DNA of 63,778 nt, the filler included. It is 4 parts of 4 records of this genome, joined end to end, with 100 filler letters (N's around TTAATTAATTAA, not from the genome) between each part and the next. Parts side by side here need not be neighbours in the genome. Positions count along the whole stretch, not along the records: positions 44,816 to 57,792 come from DRR723986_4915; positions 57,893 to 63,778 come from DRR723986_4997; 2 more parts are not named here. One strand, 5' to 3'. The translations under genes and the position numbers were made by a program. Shown here piece by piece: positions 50,268 to 58,387 of the stretch. The notes under the pieces were generated by a model that made no database searches, was not told the DNA's origin, and saw only the letters and a list, made by a program, of their open reading frames with translations. The number at the start of each line of letters is the position of its first letter. The first letter of the stretch is position 1.

Positions 50268-50742
50268 TATGCCAACGCAGGGCGCGCATACATGCCGATC
50301 CAGCCCCCAGCGCCGTAGATCATAAGCCCGGTTATCATTAGCGCATTTGGTGCTTTAAGCGGGCCGATTAGCCAAGACCTTAAACTGTTAAACACAGAGA
50401 ACGGAAGACTCTCTGACGACTATAAACCTTACGAACAAACTCTGCTCCAAATTCAAAACTGCTTAGCCTGTAAACTGGCTTAACGAACAGTGGTCGGGCT
50501 TTAATAAGCGGCGGCGGGCATGTTGTTGTACATCTTTGATCCCCCTGGTTGCCTTGATGCCACATGAATTCTGAGACCTTTAGCCACTGTTGTTAATAAA
50601 ACAGGTATAACGAAGTATTCTGTGGATGGTTGTGGGGAGGAGGCTTTTGACGTATAAAAGAGTGACAAACATTCTAATGGTGGTTGTGTAAAGTAAAGTT
50701 ACAGACAAATTCCTGTGTTCAACATCATATTTGACACCGATA

Positions 50743-52281
50743 TCAGATACCAGCACTTCTCAGAATTGGAGTGGCGCCAATTGGGCATGGTTCTACGCTG
50801 GGCAATTCATTAATCGGAATCATTTCGCGCTCAAATGGATTGAATCCACTTGGAAATATTGTCGTTTCTGAAAAAGTGCAGCCTTCTAGTTTTGCGCTAT
50901 CAAGATTTTGGGCATACTGTAGGCAAGCGCCTTGAATATTGGCAAATCTCAAATTAGCACCGTTAAAGTCTGCTCCAGTTAGGTCGGCACAAGTGAGATC
51001 AGCACCGGTAAGGCTAGCGTCCCAGAAAATAGCACTGTCGAGATACGTGTTTACAAGGTAAGCACTGTCAAGGTAGGCTGAAGTGAAATCGGCACCACTC
51101 AAGTTAGCGGCAATAAAATTAGTACCCTCAAGATGGGTTTCCGATAATACGGCACCAGTAAATGTGGCAAATGCGAGATAAGCACCTTTCAAATGAGATG
51201 AATTAAGAATCGAACTATCAAGGTTGGCGTAAGAAAAGTCTGCGCTGTCAAGTCTTGATTTTATGAGAAACGCATTCAGGAATGTGGCTGAACTTAGGTC
51301 GGCGCCAACTAGATGAGTTTCGACGAGATTGGCATCTGACATGTTTGCTCCACTAAGATTGGCTCCTTGTAGATCTGCAAACGACAAATCAGCAAGGATT
51401 AATTGAGCTTTGGTTAAGTTAGCTCGGTAAAGAAAAGCATACTGCAAATTCGCGCCGTTCAGGTTAATATTTTCAAGCACTGCCCAATATCTCGTGCTGT
51501 CTACATTCGCCGGTTTAACGCTTATATCCTCGTTGTAAAGTTTCAAGTCTATGACTCCACCCTTGTTAATCCAATCATCACTCAAGGTGCTTAGGAGCCA
51601 TACCCAAGCCAAAATGCACGGTATGAGAATCACCGAATAGCGCAGAATTGGTGCTCCTATATTGATTGCAACTATCCAGCTGAAAAGTTGCTTCCCATGA
51701 AGTTTTCTGTAGAAATAGAGACTTGCAATGACTCCAATTAACCAAAATGACATTTGAATTGTCGTGCCAATGGTGTCGTGTCGTTTCATTGTCCAAAAGG
51801 CAAATAGAGCGAAAGCTGCGGGTAGGGTTATCCATAGCGCACCTCCAACTATGACTGACTTCAGGACTCCGACCCCCTTATCCTCACGATAGCGACCAGA
51901 CAAAACGACCCAGTAGCTTACAAATTCATAGTTTTCTGGATCCATCCATTTCAATTCGTTAGTCATTTGTTTGAGATCATACAAATGTAGCTGCAAGTAA
52001 ACAAAGAGCGTAATTAAAATAGAAGGGCCAACAAAAAAGAAAACACCGGTATTCACTGCAACTTGAAGAAGAGGCAATGTGACGGTGGAATGCCTTAACA
52101 AGTAAATGTCTTGAATTGAGAGAATTGTAAGTACGAAGTAGAGCAGATTCGCAAGGTAAACTAAAAAAAGGTTACGTGTAGTCTTGGTCTGTTCTGCTAT
52201 GTTGTCGAGTAAGGGGCTCACATCTTTAACTTCCGCTTCGTTGCGTCTACTAGCTCCTATCTCTTTATTCAAGTCATTCAT
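50743..52281 (-). CDS. Polytopic membrane protein with C-terminal pentapeptide-repeat domain
   Basis: About six hydrophobic helices, then long A(D/N)Lxx repeats (ANLQY AFLYR ANLTK AQLIL ADLSF ADLQG ANLSG...). Confidence 0.92.
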   Translation of the reverse strand: MNDLNKEIGASRRNEAEVKDVSPLLDNIAEQTKTTRNLFLVYLANLLYFVLTILSIQDIYLLRHSTVTLPLLQVAVNTGVFFFVGPSILITLFVYLQLHLYDLKQMTNELKWMDPENYEFVSYWVVLSGRYREDKGVGVLKSVIVGGALWITLPAAFALFAFWTMKRHDTIGTTIQMSFWLIGVIASLYFYRKLHGKQLFSWIVAINIGAPILRYSVILIPCILAWVWLLSTLSDDWINKGGVIDLKLYNEDISVKPANVDSTRYWAVLENINLNGANLQYAFLYRANLTKAQLILADLSFADLQGANLSGANMSDANLVETHLVGADLSSATFLNAFLIKSRLDSADFSYANLDSSILNSSHLKGAYLAFATFTGAVLSETHLEGTNFIAANLSGADFTSAYLDSAYLVNTYLDSAIFWDASLTGADLTCADLTGADFNGANLRFANIQGACLQYAQNLDSAKLEGCTFSETTIFPSGFNPFEREMIPINELPSVEPCPIGATPILRSAGI

Positions 52282-53426
52282 TTTTGCTCCGCTGTGATGT
52301 CCTCAATGCGAACTGTGCCTAGTTTCTTCACGGCTGTTCTAAGGCTATCGGTCAATGCAGGGTGTATAATCAACTCCAAGTACCGAGCAGAATCCAATTT
52401 CTTCATGGTTGTTCTGAGGCTATCGTCGATATTGGCATTGTGTAGAGTTTTTGCAGTAAGTAGAGAGTCTGCCGAGAGAAGCCAAGTGCCTCTAAGTTCA
52501 GCATTACCTAAGTAGGCGTCTTTAAGACAAACACGATTGAGTCCGGTATTTCTTAAGTTGACTTTGAAGAGGGTACTGCTCCTAAGATTGGCGTTATAAA
52601 GAAGTGCATACCTAAGTTTAGATTCTAGCAAGTTGGCACCTTCAAAATTGGATCCGATTGCTATGGTATTATTGAACTTGACATTCAGTAGATTAGCCCC
52701 GACAAAGCGAGCACCACACAAATTTGTTCGTTCGAAATTTACGAGTTGAAGAAATGTGCTGTCTAAATTCGCATGCGAAAAATCTGCACCTTCAAAATTA
52801 GCCCGATCTAATCGAATACCTTTGAGATTAATCTTGGAAAGATTAACGTCCTTCTTTTCCGTTTCTAGCCATTTTCGTCGCCCGATCACGGTTAATATTG
52901 CTTGAATGTCCGCCGACATAACAGGCGCGACGGAATCTGGCAACCAGTCAGCGTAGTTTCTCGCGTCAGCTGACAAGATCTCCATGATGGTCCAATGGTC
53001 CTTCTCTGAATCCTGAGCAATTCGCTCGAGTGCATAAATCCCCCCTAACCTAGCTGTCAAGCTGGTGAAATCCTTCAGTAAATACATCGCCCTTATAAAC
53101 TGTTCTGTCACCAGTTTCTCCTTGGCACTTTCCTTGTCGATGTTGATTTGTTCGTAAGTCAGCCATAGCCCAACCACCAATACAACGCCCCCAACCACCT
53201 GCACAACCGTTTTGCGTGGCTCAGAGACTCGTCGTAGGTACTCGGAATTTGCCACCTTGCCACCTCGCAGCACCTGCTGAGCAGGTACATACCATACTAT
53301 GAGAACCGCGATAATCGCTGCGGCAGGGATTGCTATGACGTATTGTTCGTTGCCGATGCAATAGGCCAGCGCTATCAAACAAAGAATCACGCCAGTGGTA
53401 AACATCTCTGTGTCTTTGGTTGGCAT
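52278..53426 (-). CDS. Membrane-anchored pentapeptide-repeat protein (RLGGIYALERIA domain)
   Basis: N-terminal TM segments, TEQFIRA..LL, ARLGGIYALERIAQDS and DIQAILTVIGRR, then pentapeptide repeats. The stop overlaps the next ATG (ATGA). Confidence 0.92.
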   Translation of the reverse strand: MPTKDTEMFTTGVILCLIALAYCIGNEQYVIAIPAAAIIAVLIVWYVPAQQVLRGGKVANSEYLRRVSEPRKTVVQVVGGVVLVVGLWLTYEQINIDKESAKEKLVTEQFIRAMYLLKDFTSLTARLGGIYALERIAQDSEKDHWTIMEILSADARNYADWLPDSVAPVMSADIQAILTVIGRRKWLETEKKDVNLSKINLKGIRLDRANFEGADFSHANLDSTFLQLVNFERTNLCGARFVGANLLNVKFNNTIAIGSNFEGANLLESKLRYALLYNANLRSSTLFKVNLRNTGLNRVCLKDAYLGNAELRGTWLLSADSLLTAKTLHNANIDDSLRTTMKKLDSARYLELIIHPALTDSLRTAVKKLGTVRIEDITAEQK

Positions 53427-53634
53427 ACGTCCTCTGGATAAATCGAATTTCAGGAGAAATGGTACATTTAGTTACGGGTAAATCTCGCAATTTTTAGTGA
53501 TATTGCCACACCTTTGACACTGCTGGCTAGCCGTGTTGGAGCACCTACTTATTCAGTTTTATGTCGCTCGTTGGTGGGCAGACAATTCTGGAGATGTGTG
53601 ATTAAAAAGTTTTACAAAATTTTATAACATAAGT

Positions 53635-53856
53635 ATGACTATAGAAAGTTTAACAGGATATTCGACATTCGTGATCGCAATATCGACGGTCGCGTACACG
53701 GTATTCTCGATTCTGTTACTGCGACAGCAGGCGAAGCATCATTCCGAAACAATCGAGACTATGAACGAGAATCACCGACAGATGATGTTCAGAATGCAGA
53801 ATGAATCGTTTGTCAGAGCTATGGAGAGAGGGGATGACAGAAAAACAAGAGAATAA
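53635..53856 (+). CDS. Small single-TM hypothetical protein
   Basis: One TM helix (FVIAISTVAYTVFSILLL) followed by a charged helical tail. Overlaps the next gene. Confidence 0.6.
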   Translation: MTIESLTGYSTFVIAISTVAYTVFSILLLRQQAKHHSETIETMNENHRQMMFRMQNESFVRAMERGDDRKTRE

Positions 53857-54466
53857 GGCGAATAGTCTTGAAGCCAATATTGATGAAACTGAGGACGGAA
53901 CTTGGATTGACAATGTTCCCTGGCCCCGAGCGGGTGGCCCGTTAGTCATCTGGGGTAGAGACACTTACATGGCAGGCAACATGCACATTGACGGATATCA
54001 CGACGCTGCAAGCATTCTTGTCGATCATGTTGTTGCTAAGGGAATTGATGATGGGCTTGTGCCACCAATACTGAATATGTACAGGCATTTTGCTGAACTT
54101 GCGATCAAACGGCAAATAGATATGGTGTATCTCTGCCGTGGAGAAGAGCAGACAGCTCCACGTACTCACAAGCTTGACAAATTGTGGAAGTTACTCGTTG
54201 AGCTAATCGAGGATGATATGGATGAGCGCGGATTGCAGGAGATGGAAGTGGTTGAATGTTATGTCATGGAACTGCAAGACTGGGATAAGACTGGAACACT
54301 CTTTAGGTACAATGATGACTCTCGAATGAATCAGCGCTATATCTCACTAGATTTCTTGCAGGAAAGAATGCAGGAATTGCGCAATTGGTTTAGTGGATTA
54401 TTTGACTATTGGGAAAACGGTTACGATGAAGCCAATGACGCAAACACATACGAATCGGATTACTAG
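53834..54466 (+). CDS. Hypothetical protein with HEPN-like motif pattern
   Basis: YRHFAELAIK (ExxxK), RTHKLDKLW (HxL) and LFRY occur in the order seen in HEPN-fold proteins. ATG 53834 follows GAGAGGGG. Confidence 0.6.
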   Translation: MTEKQENKANSLEANIDETEDGTWIDNVPWPRAGGPLVIWGRDTYMAGNMHIDGYHDAASILVDHVVAKGIDDGLVPPILNMYRHFAELAIKRQIDMVYLCRGEEQTAPRTHKLDKLWKLLVELIEDDMDERGLQEMEVVECYVMELQDWDKTGTLFRYNDDSRMNQRYISLDFLQERMQELRNWFSGLFDYWENGYDEANDANTYESDY

Positions 54467-54771
54467 AAAAAATTATACTGCGAACTAAATCGAGAAACTG
54501 AATAGTGAATTACTGACTACTAATCGACGACTGAATTACATATAGTTTAGGTTGAAGTGATTGAGGCAGTTGAAATTCGATACACTGCGGAAAAAGTTCT
54601 CACGGATCTTGATTGGATGGATGTTTGGTCGAATTTTAGACAAATTCATGAAAATATTAAGCAAAAGCCGCCAAAATCCTTGTGGGTCTGAACTGGATCT
54701 CTTTTCAAAGCCATTCACAAGTATGGCATCCATCTCGGGCAATTAAATAAATCATAATTAGTAGAGATCAA

Positions 54772-56226
54772 ATGCCATTATCCAAAAAAATACAGGTCAG
54801 TAATAAGGTGTTACGACGATTCCTCATGATATTGGGAGTTACAGTTTCGACTGCAGCAGCTGTTGCAGCGCTGGTGTTTTTGCCAAGGTTGCTTGTCACA
54901 TCGCAATCAGAATTATACCAGTACTCCAATAAGTCTCTCGAGCATGCACAGTTTTTGATGGAGCTTGAAATTAAGCATCGGACAACCATTGCACAGATTA
55001 TTGCTGGCTTAGCTGTTTTGATCGGTGGATACATCGCCTGGCAAAGGATGAAGCTTATGGAGATGAATACAAAACTTGTTGAGCAGGGACAGGTCACCGA
55101 GCGATTTACGCGTGCTATTGAGCAATTAGGGCACGATAAGCCGACAATAAGAATCGGTGGAATTTATTCATTGCAACGAATAGTGAAAGACTCAAAAGAC
55201 GACTCTGAGACTATCACTAAGGTGCTGGCCGGTTTTGTGCGGGATTCAGTAATTTCGATTGATCATGACCGACTCCTAGTCACTAATCAATTAAAAGAGG
55301 AAAATGAGAGTGATTTGCTCTCGAAACTACCTGAAGACATTTTGACAGCCATTTTCGCACTCTCCGAGCGGAGCAGTATTAACGGCGAACTCACACAGAG
55401 TGATTTGCGAGAAATAGAGTTAAAGAGATTCAATCTTGATAGCATTAATCTGACCGGCGCAAACCTTCGCATGTCCAATTTCTTAAAGTCTAATCTTAAA
55501 AATGCCGAGTTAAGTCACGCGAACCTGAGTAGATCATGTCTGGCCTTTGCCAACCTGAGTGGAGCCAACCTTAGTAGCTCGAACCTGAACGGTGCGTGGT
55601 TAGAAGGTGCAAATTTTCGATATGCTGATTTAAGGCATACTGAGTTGACAGAAGCAGATCTGACAGATGTAAGTTTGAATGGAGCAAGATTGTACGGCTG
55701 CAACTTGAGTTTGGCCAGATTGATTAGAACGGACATAAGTGATGTGGAGCTATTCAAAGCTAAACTGCATGGTGCTAAAATAACTGACGTAAGGCTGAGA
55801 GGGGTGAACCTAACTTGTGCGGATCTGACCGAGGCCGTCTGTGTTCGGTGTGATTTCAGTAATTCCAATCTACGAGGAGCAGACTTAAGCGCTGCAAAGC
55901 TTTGTGGAACCATACTGAGGCATGTAGAATTAAACGGTGCGAACTTGAAAAACACCGACTTGAGAGAGGCAGATTTGACAGGTGTCGATTTTAGTTTTGC
56001 CAACCTTAGTGGAACCAAGTTAAATAGAGCAAACTTGACAAGAGCTAACTTGAAATATTGGGGCCTTGGTCGAGAAAATTTGCACAATTATGAAGATCTG
56101 TTTCTGAATAATCTTTTAGAAGCAAAAACCCTTTGGAAGGCAAAGCTGAGCGCCGGGATTCGTAATAGAATCCATCAAGTGAGACCAGAACTGCTTGATA
56201 AGCCTTTTGATTCTGAAATAGTCTAA
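54772..56226 (+). CDS. Membrane-anchored pentapeptide-repeat protein (RIGGIYSLQRIV domain)
   Basis: Two TM segments, GQVTERFTRAIEQLG and IRIGGIYSLQRIVKDS, then about 40 pentapeptide units. Confidence 0.92.
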   Translation: MPLSKKIQVSNKVLRRFLMILGVTVSTAAAVAALVFLPRLLVTSQSELYQYSNKSLEHAQFLMELEIKHRTTIAQIIAGLAVLIGGYIAWQRMKLMEMNTKLVEQGQVTERFTRAIEQLGHDKPTIRIGGIYSLQRIVKDSKDDSETITKVLAGFVRDSVISIDHDRLLVTNQLKEENESDLLSKLPEDILTAIFALSERSSINGELTQSDLREIELKRFNLDSINLTGANLRMSNFLKSNLKNAELSHANLSRSCLAFANLSGANLSSSNLNGAWLEGANFRYADLRHTELTEADLTDVSLNGARLYGCNLSLARLIRTDISDVELFKAKLHGAKITDVRLRGVNLTCADLTEAVCVRCDFSNSNLRGADLSAAKLCGTILRHVELNGANLKNTDLREADLTGVDFSFANLSGTKLNRANLTRANLKYWGLGRENLHNYEDLFLNNLLEAKTLWKAKLSAGIRNRIHQVRPELLDKPFDSEIV

Positions 56227-57043
56227 TAGTCCTTATGTAATGCTGGAGACTTCACCATACACTGCATGTTTTACCTGGAAGCAAGCGTTAGAACAAACTC
56301 ATGGAGTCAATTTGATTTGTGACTCTTTTGCTACGTGGGCAACGGGTCCAGAAAAACTCACCCCAAAGTTAAACAAACAGTTTAGCCAATCTTGATCTAA
56401 ACGCACATTCCCATTTTCTATGGTCTTTCGAATTTGCGGCAAGCGAATTTTTTAATCTCGACAGTATTTGTCATCTGGTACCAGGATTTCAAGTGATCAG
56501 ATATAGGTCGAAACCACCACCTGTTATCTTCGTGCCGACATTCGTGTCAGTTTAAGACCTGACATCCGAGTCACATGGATTGTGTGGTCTTCTCTCTCTC
56601 CTTGCTTGGAACTATTTGCTGGGCATTCAAAATGCTTGCAGCATACCAAGGTGAATCGAAACATTGAGGCAATTATTAACGAATTTGCCAGATAGTGTCT
56701 TGCTCGTTCTTGCCGTCATTGTGTTGATTGATTTGTCCATCATTTAGCAATTTGAATGCCCGTGACATTTTTTGAAGTGTCACGGCATCAATAACATTGG
56801 TAGATCTTCATTTTGGATGGTGTTCAACGCAGTCTTGGCACCGGAGGATTGCAGGACATTTGCAAGCGCTGCGAAAGCCATCAAATCCCGCCCAAAGTTT
56901 TCGTTTAATTGACCTAACTGATTGTGCATCGCGCCCCTTTTGCGTGCTAAAGGATCCGACACCTCCGGATCGGAACCGCCCTTACTACCGACTGTCTCTA
57001 AGCTCTTTGTTTTTCGCGGCTTACGCCAAACGTTTACTCGTCT

Positions 57044-57482
57044 TTACCCATTGGATGACCGGTTTTCATTGAAATCATAGTTTGAGACCATCGCTTTGAA
57101 CTCTGATTCAAGTGGAGCCTGATTTGATGCGACCTCCAGATCGAAAATGAAACCGACTAAACCGTTTGTGACAGAAATTTCGGTTGGATGAATTCGGTCT
57201 CTAAACAGTCCCAGAACGATCTGTTTTTTTTCTGATTCTGAGCCTCGGACAAACATTTCCTCTATTCGGCCGAGGTGTTTTAGGCTGCCTATGTCCGGCA
57301 TCTCACGCATCTTAAGATCCAACTCAAGCACCCTCATATTTGCCTCAACATGAACTTGCTTCACATTAAGAGTATTCTCGAATTGATTGTACCGGTCGAT
57401 TGAAAACTTTCGACTCAGGCAATCTTCTTCAGGTTGTTTTCGTTGAGAAGAGAGTTTTTCAAGGTCATTATTTAAGTTTCAT
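57044..57482 (-). pseudogene. Probable remnant of a large serine recombinase C-terminus
   Basis: The frame upstream of the tracked ORF reads LNNDLEKLSSQRKQPEEDCLSRKFSIDRYNQFENTLN...EEMFVRGSESEKKQIVLGLFRDRI, resembling the coiled-coil/C-terminal region of serine integrases. ATG at 57482 is one base out of frame and no catalytic N-terminus is present. Confidence 0.45.
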
Positions 57483-57634
57483 TATTACTGAAGACCTCGA
57501 CATTTCTGATTCAGTGAATAACAAAATGGATATAAAGCGAGCTACGAGCGATTAGCGAAGGAGCGCTGCAATGAAGTTTGAAGAACAGTATTTTTTCGGT
57601 GGGGATTTTGCGGCAAGTTCAGTAAGAAGAGGCG

Positions 57635-57682
57635 AACGGGCAGAATAGCAGGGTTAACGGGCACTATAGACAGTTTAACGGG
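57635..57682 (+). repeat. Three phased 21-bp direct repeats (iteron-like)
   Basis: AACGGG at 57635, 57656 and 57677. Units 1 and 2 share AACGGGCAnnATAGnnnGnTT. Confidence 0.55.
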
Positions 57683-57792
57683 AAGGCCGAGGTTTTTGGG
57701 CGTACTTTTGCGTGATCAGGGGACCGCCCCGCCTCCTCCACGGACAGAACCTCCACGTCCAGACACATTCCTCCCACCCTGCACAATGCAGA

Positions 57793-57892
57793 NNNNNNNN
57801 NNNNNNNNNNNNNNNNNNNNNNNNNNNNNNNNNNNNTTAATTAATTAANNNNNNNNNNNNNNNNNNNNNNNNNNNNNNNNNNNNNNNNNNNN
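57793..57892. other. Artificial contig spacer
   Basis: N44-TTAATTAATTAA-N44. Confidence 0.99.
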
Positions 57893-57918
57893 GCCTGAAC
57901 TTAAGTTCAGGCTTTTTT
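57893..57918. terminator. Intrinsic terminator (probably bidirectional, cut at contig end)
   Basis: GCCTGAAC-ttaa-GTTCAGGC-TTTTTT immediately after the HMA gene stop. Confidence 0.65.
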
Positions 57919-57920
57919 AA

Positions 57921-58289
57921 TTATCCATTTCCATTCTCACCTTCGTGATTTTTCTTTACTTCTTCGTCCCTATACTTACAACAAGGATGAACAGAGTTGT
58001 AAGCTTCGTCTGTCGCTTTTATCTCTTTAGTATCATGACCGACAGCAGCTATGTTTTTGGAGATGGTTTTTAAATCTGTTTTTCGCTCATCATAAATGAG
58101 TTTCAACTCGTGTGTATCAACATTCCATACCGCAGATTTTACTCCTTTAGTTCTAATAGCAGCTTTTTCTATGCGTTCTTTACACATACCACAAACACCA
58201 TCAACTTCCATACTTGCCTTGGCATTTTTGTTTTGAGCAAATGTTGCTGCAGTGAATAATACAGTGACGATTAAAATTATTTTTTTCAT
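57921..58289 (-). CDS. Secreted heavy-metal-associated (HMA) domain protein
   Basis: Signal peptide, GVCGMCKERIE and C-terminal HPCCKY. Confidence 0.9.
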   Translation of the reverse strand: MKKIILIVTVLFTAATFAQNKNAKASMEVDGVCGMCKERIEKAAIRTKGVKSAVWNVDTHELKLIYDERKTDLKTISKNIAAVGHDTKEIKATDEAYNSVHPCCKYRDEEVKKNHEGENGNG

Positions 58290-58387
58290 ATTTTTTTGTT
58301 TTTAATTAGAACACTTTTACAATGCTCAATGTGATGTTAAGTTTATTTTTTTAAGCCCCCTTTCTGGAAAGGTGGCATGGACCTTTT

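Noticed and set aside
53500-53582. Integron attC-like site (TGCCACACC...GTTGGTGGGCA) before the small TM gene
   Set aside because: The ends do not fit RYYYAAC/GTTRRRY, internal pairing is weak, no second copy was found and no integron integrase is present.
54536-56087. Minus-strand ORFs 54536-54742, 54768-55097 and 55515-56087
   Set aside because: They are antisense to the pentapeptide gene or short and motif-free.
50743-56226. Qnr/MfpA quinolone resistance genes
   Set aside because: Qnr and MfpA are ~200-aa soluble proteins made almost entirely of repeats, whereas these have membrane segments and extra domains.
50743-56226. CRISPR array or tandem DNA repeat suggested by 15-bp periodicity
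   Set aside because: The periodicity is explained by pentapeptide coding, and there are no identical repeats with unique spacers.
49620-57792. Stop-codon reassignment (TGA read-through) to explain fragmented ORFs in contig C
   Set aside because: Fragments are broken by TGA, TAA and frameshifts alike, and intact genes end normally at TGA, TAA and TAG.
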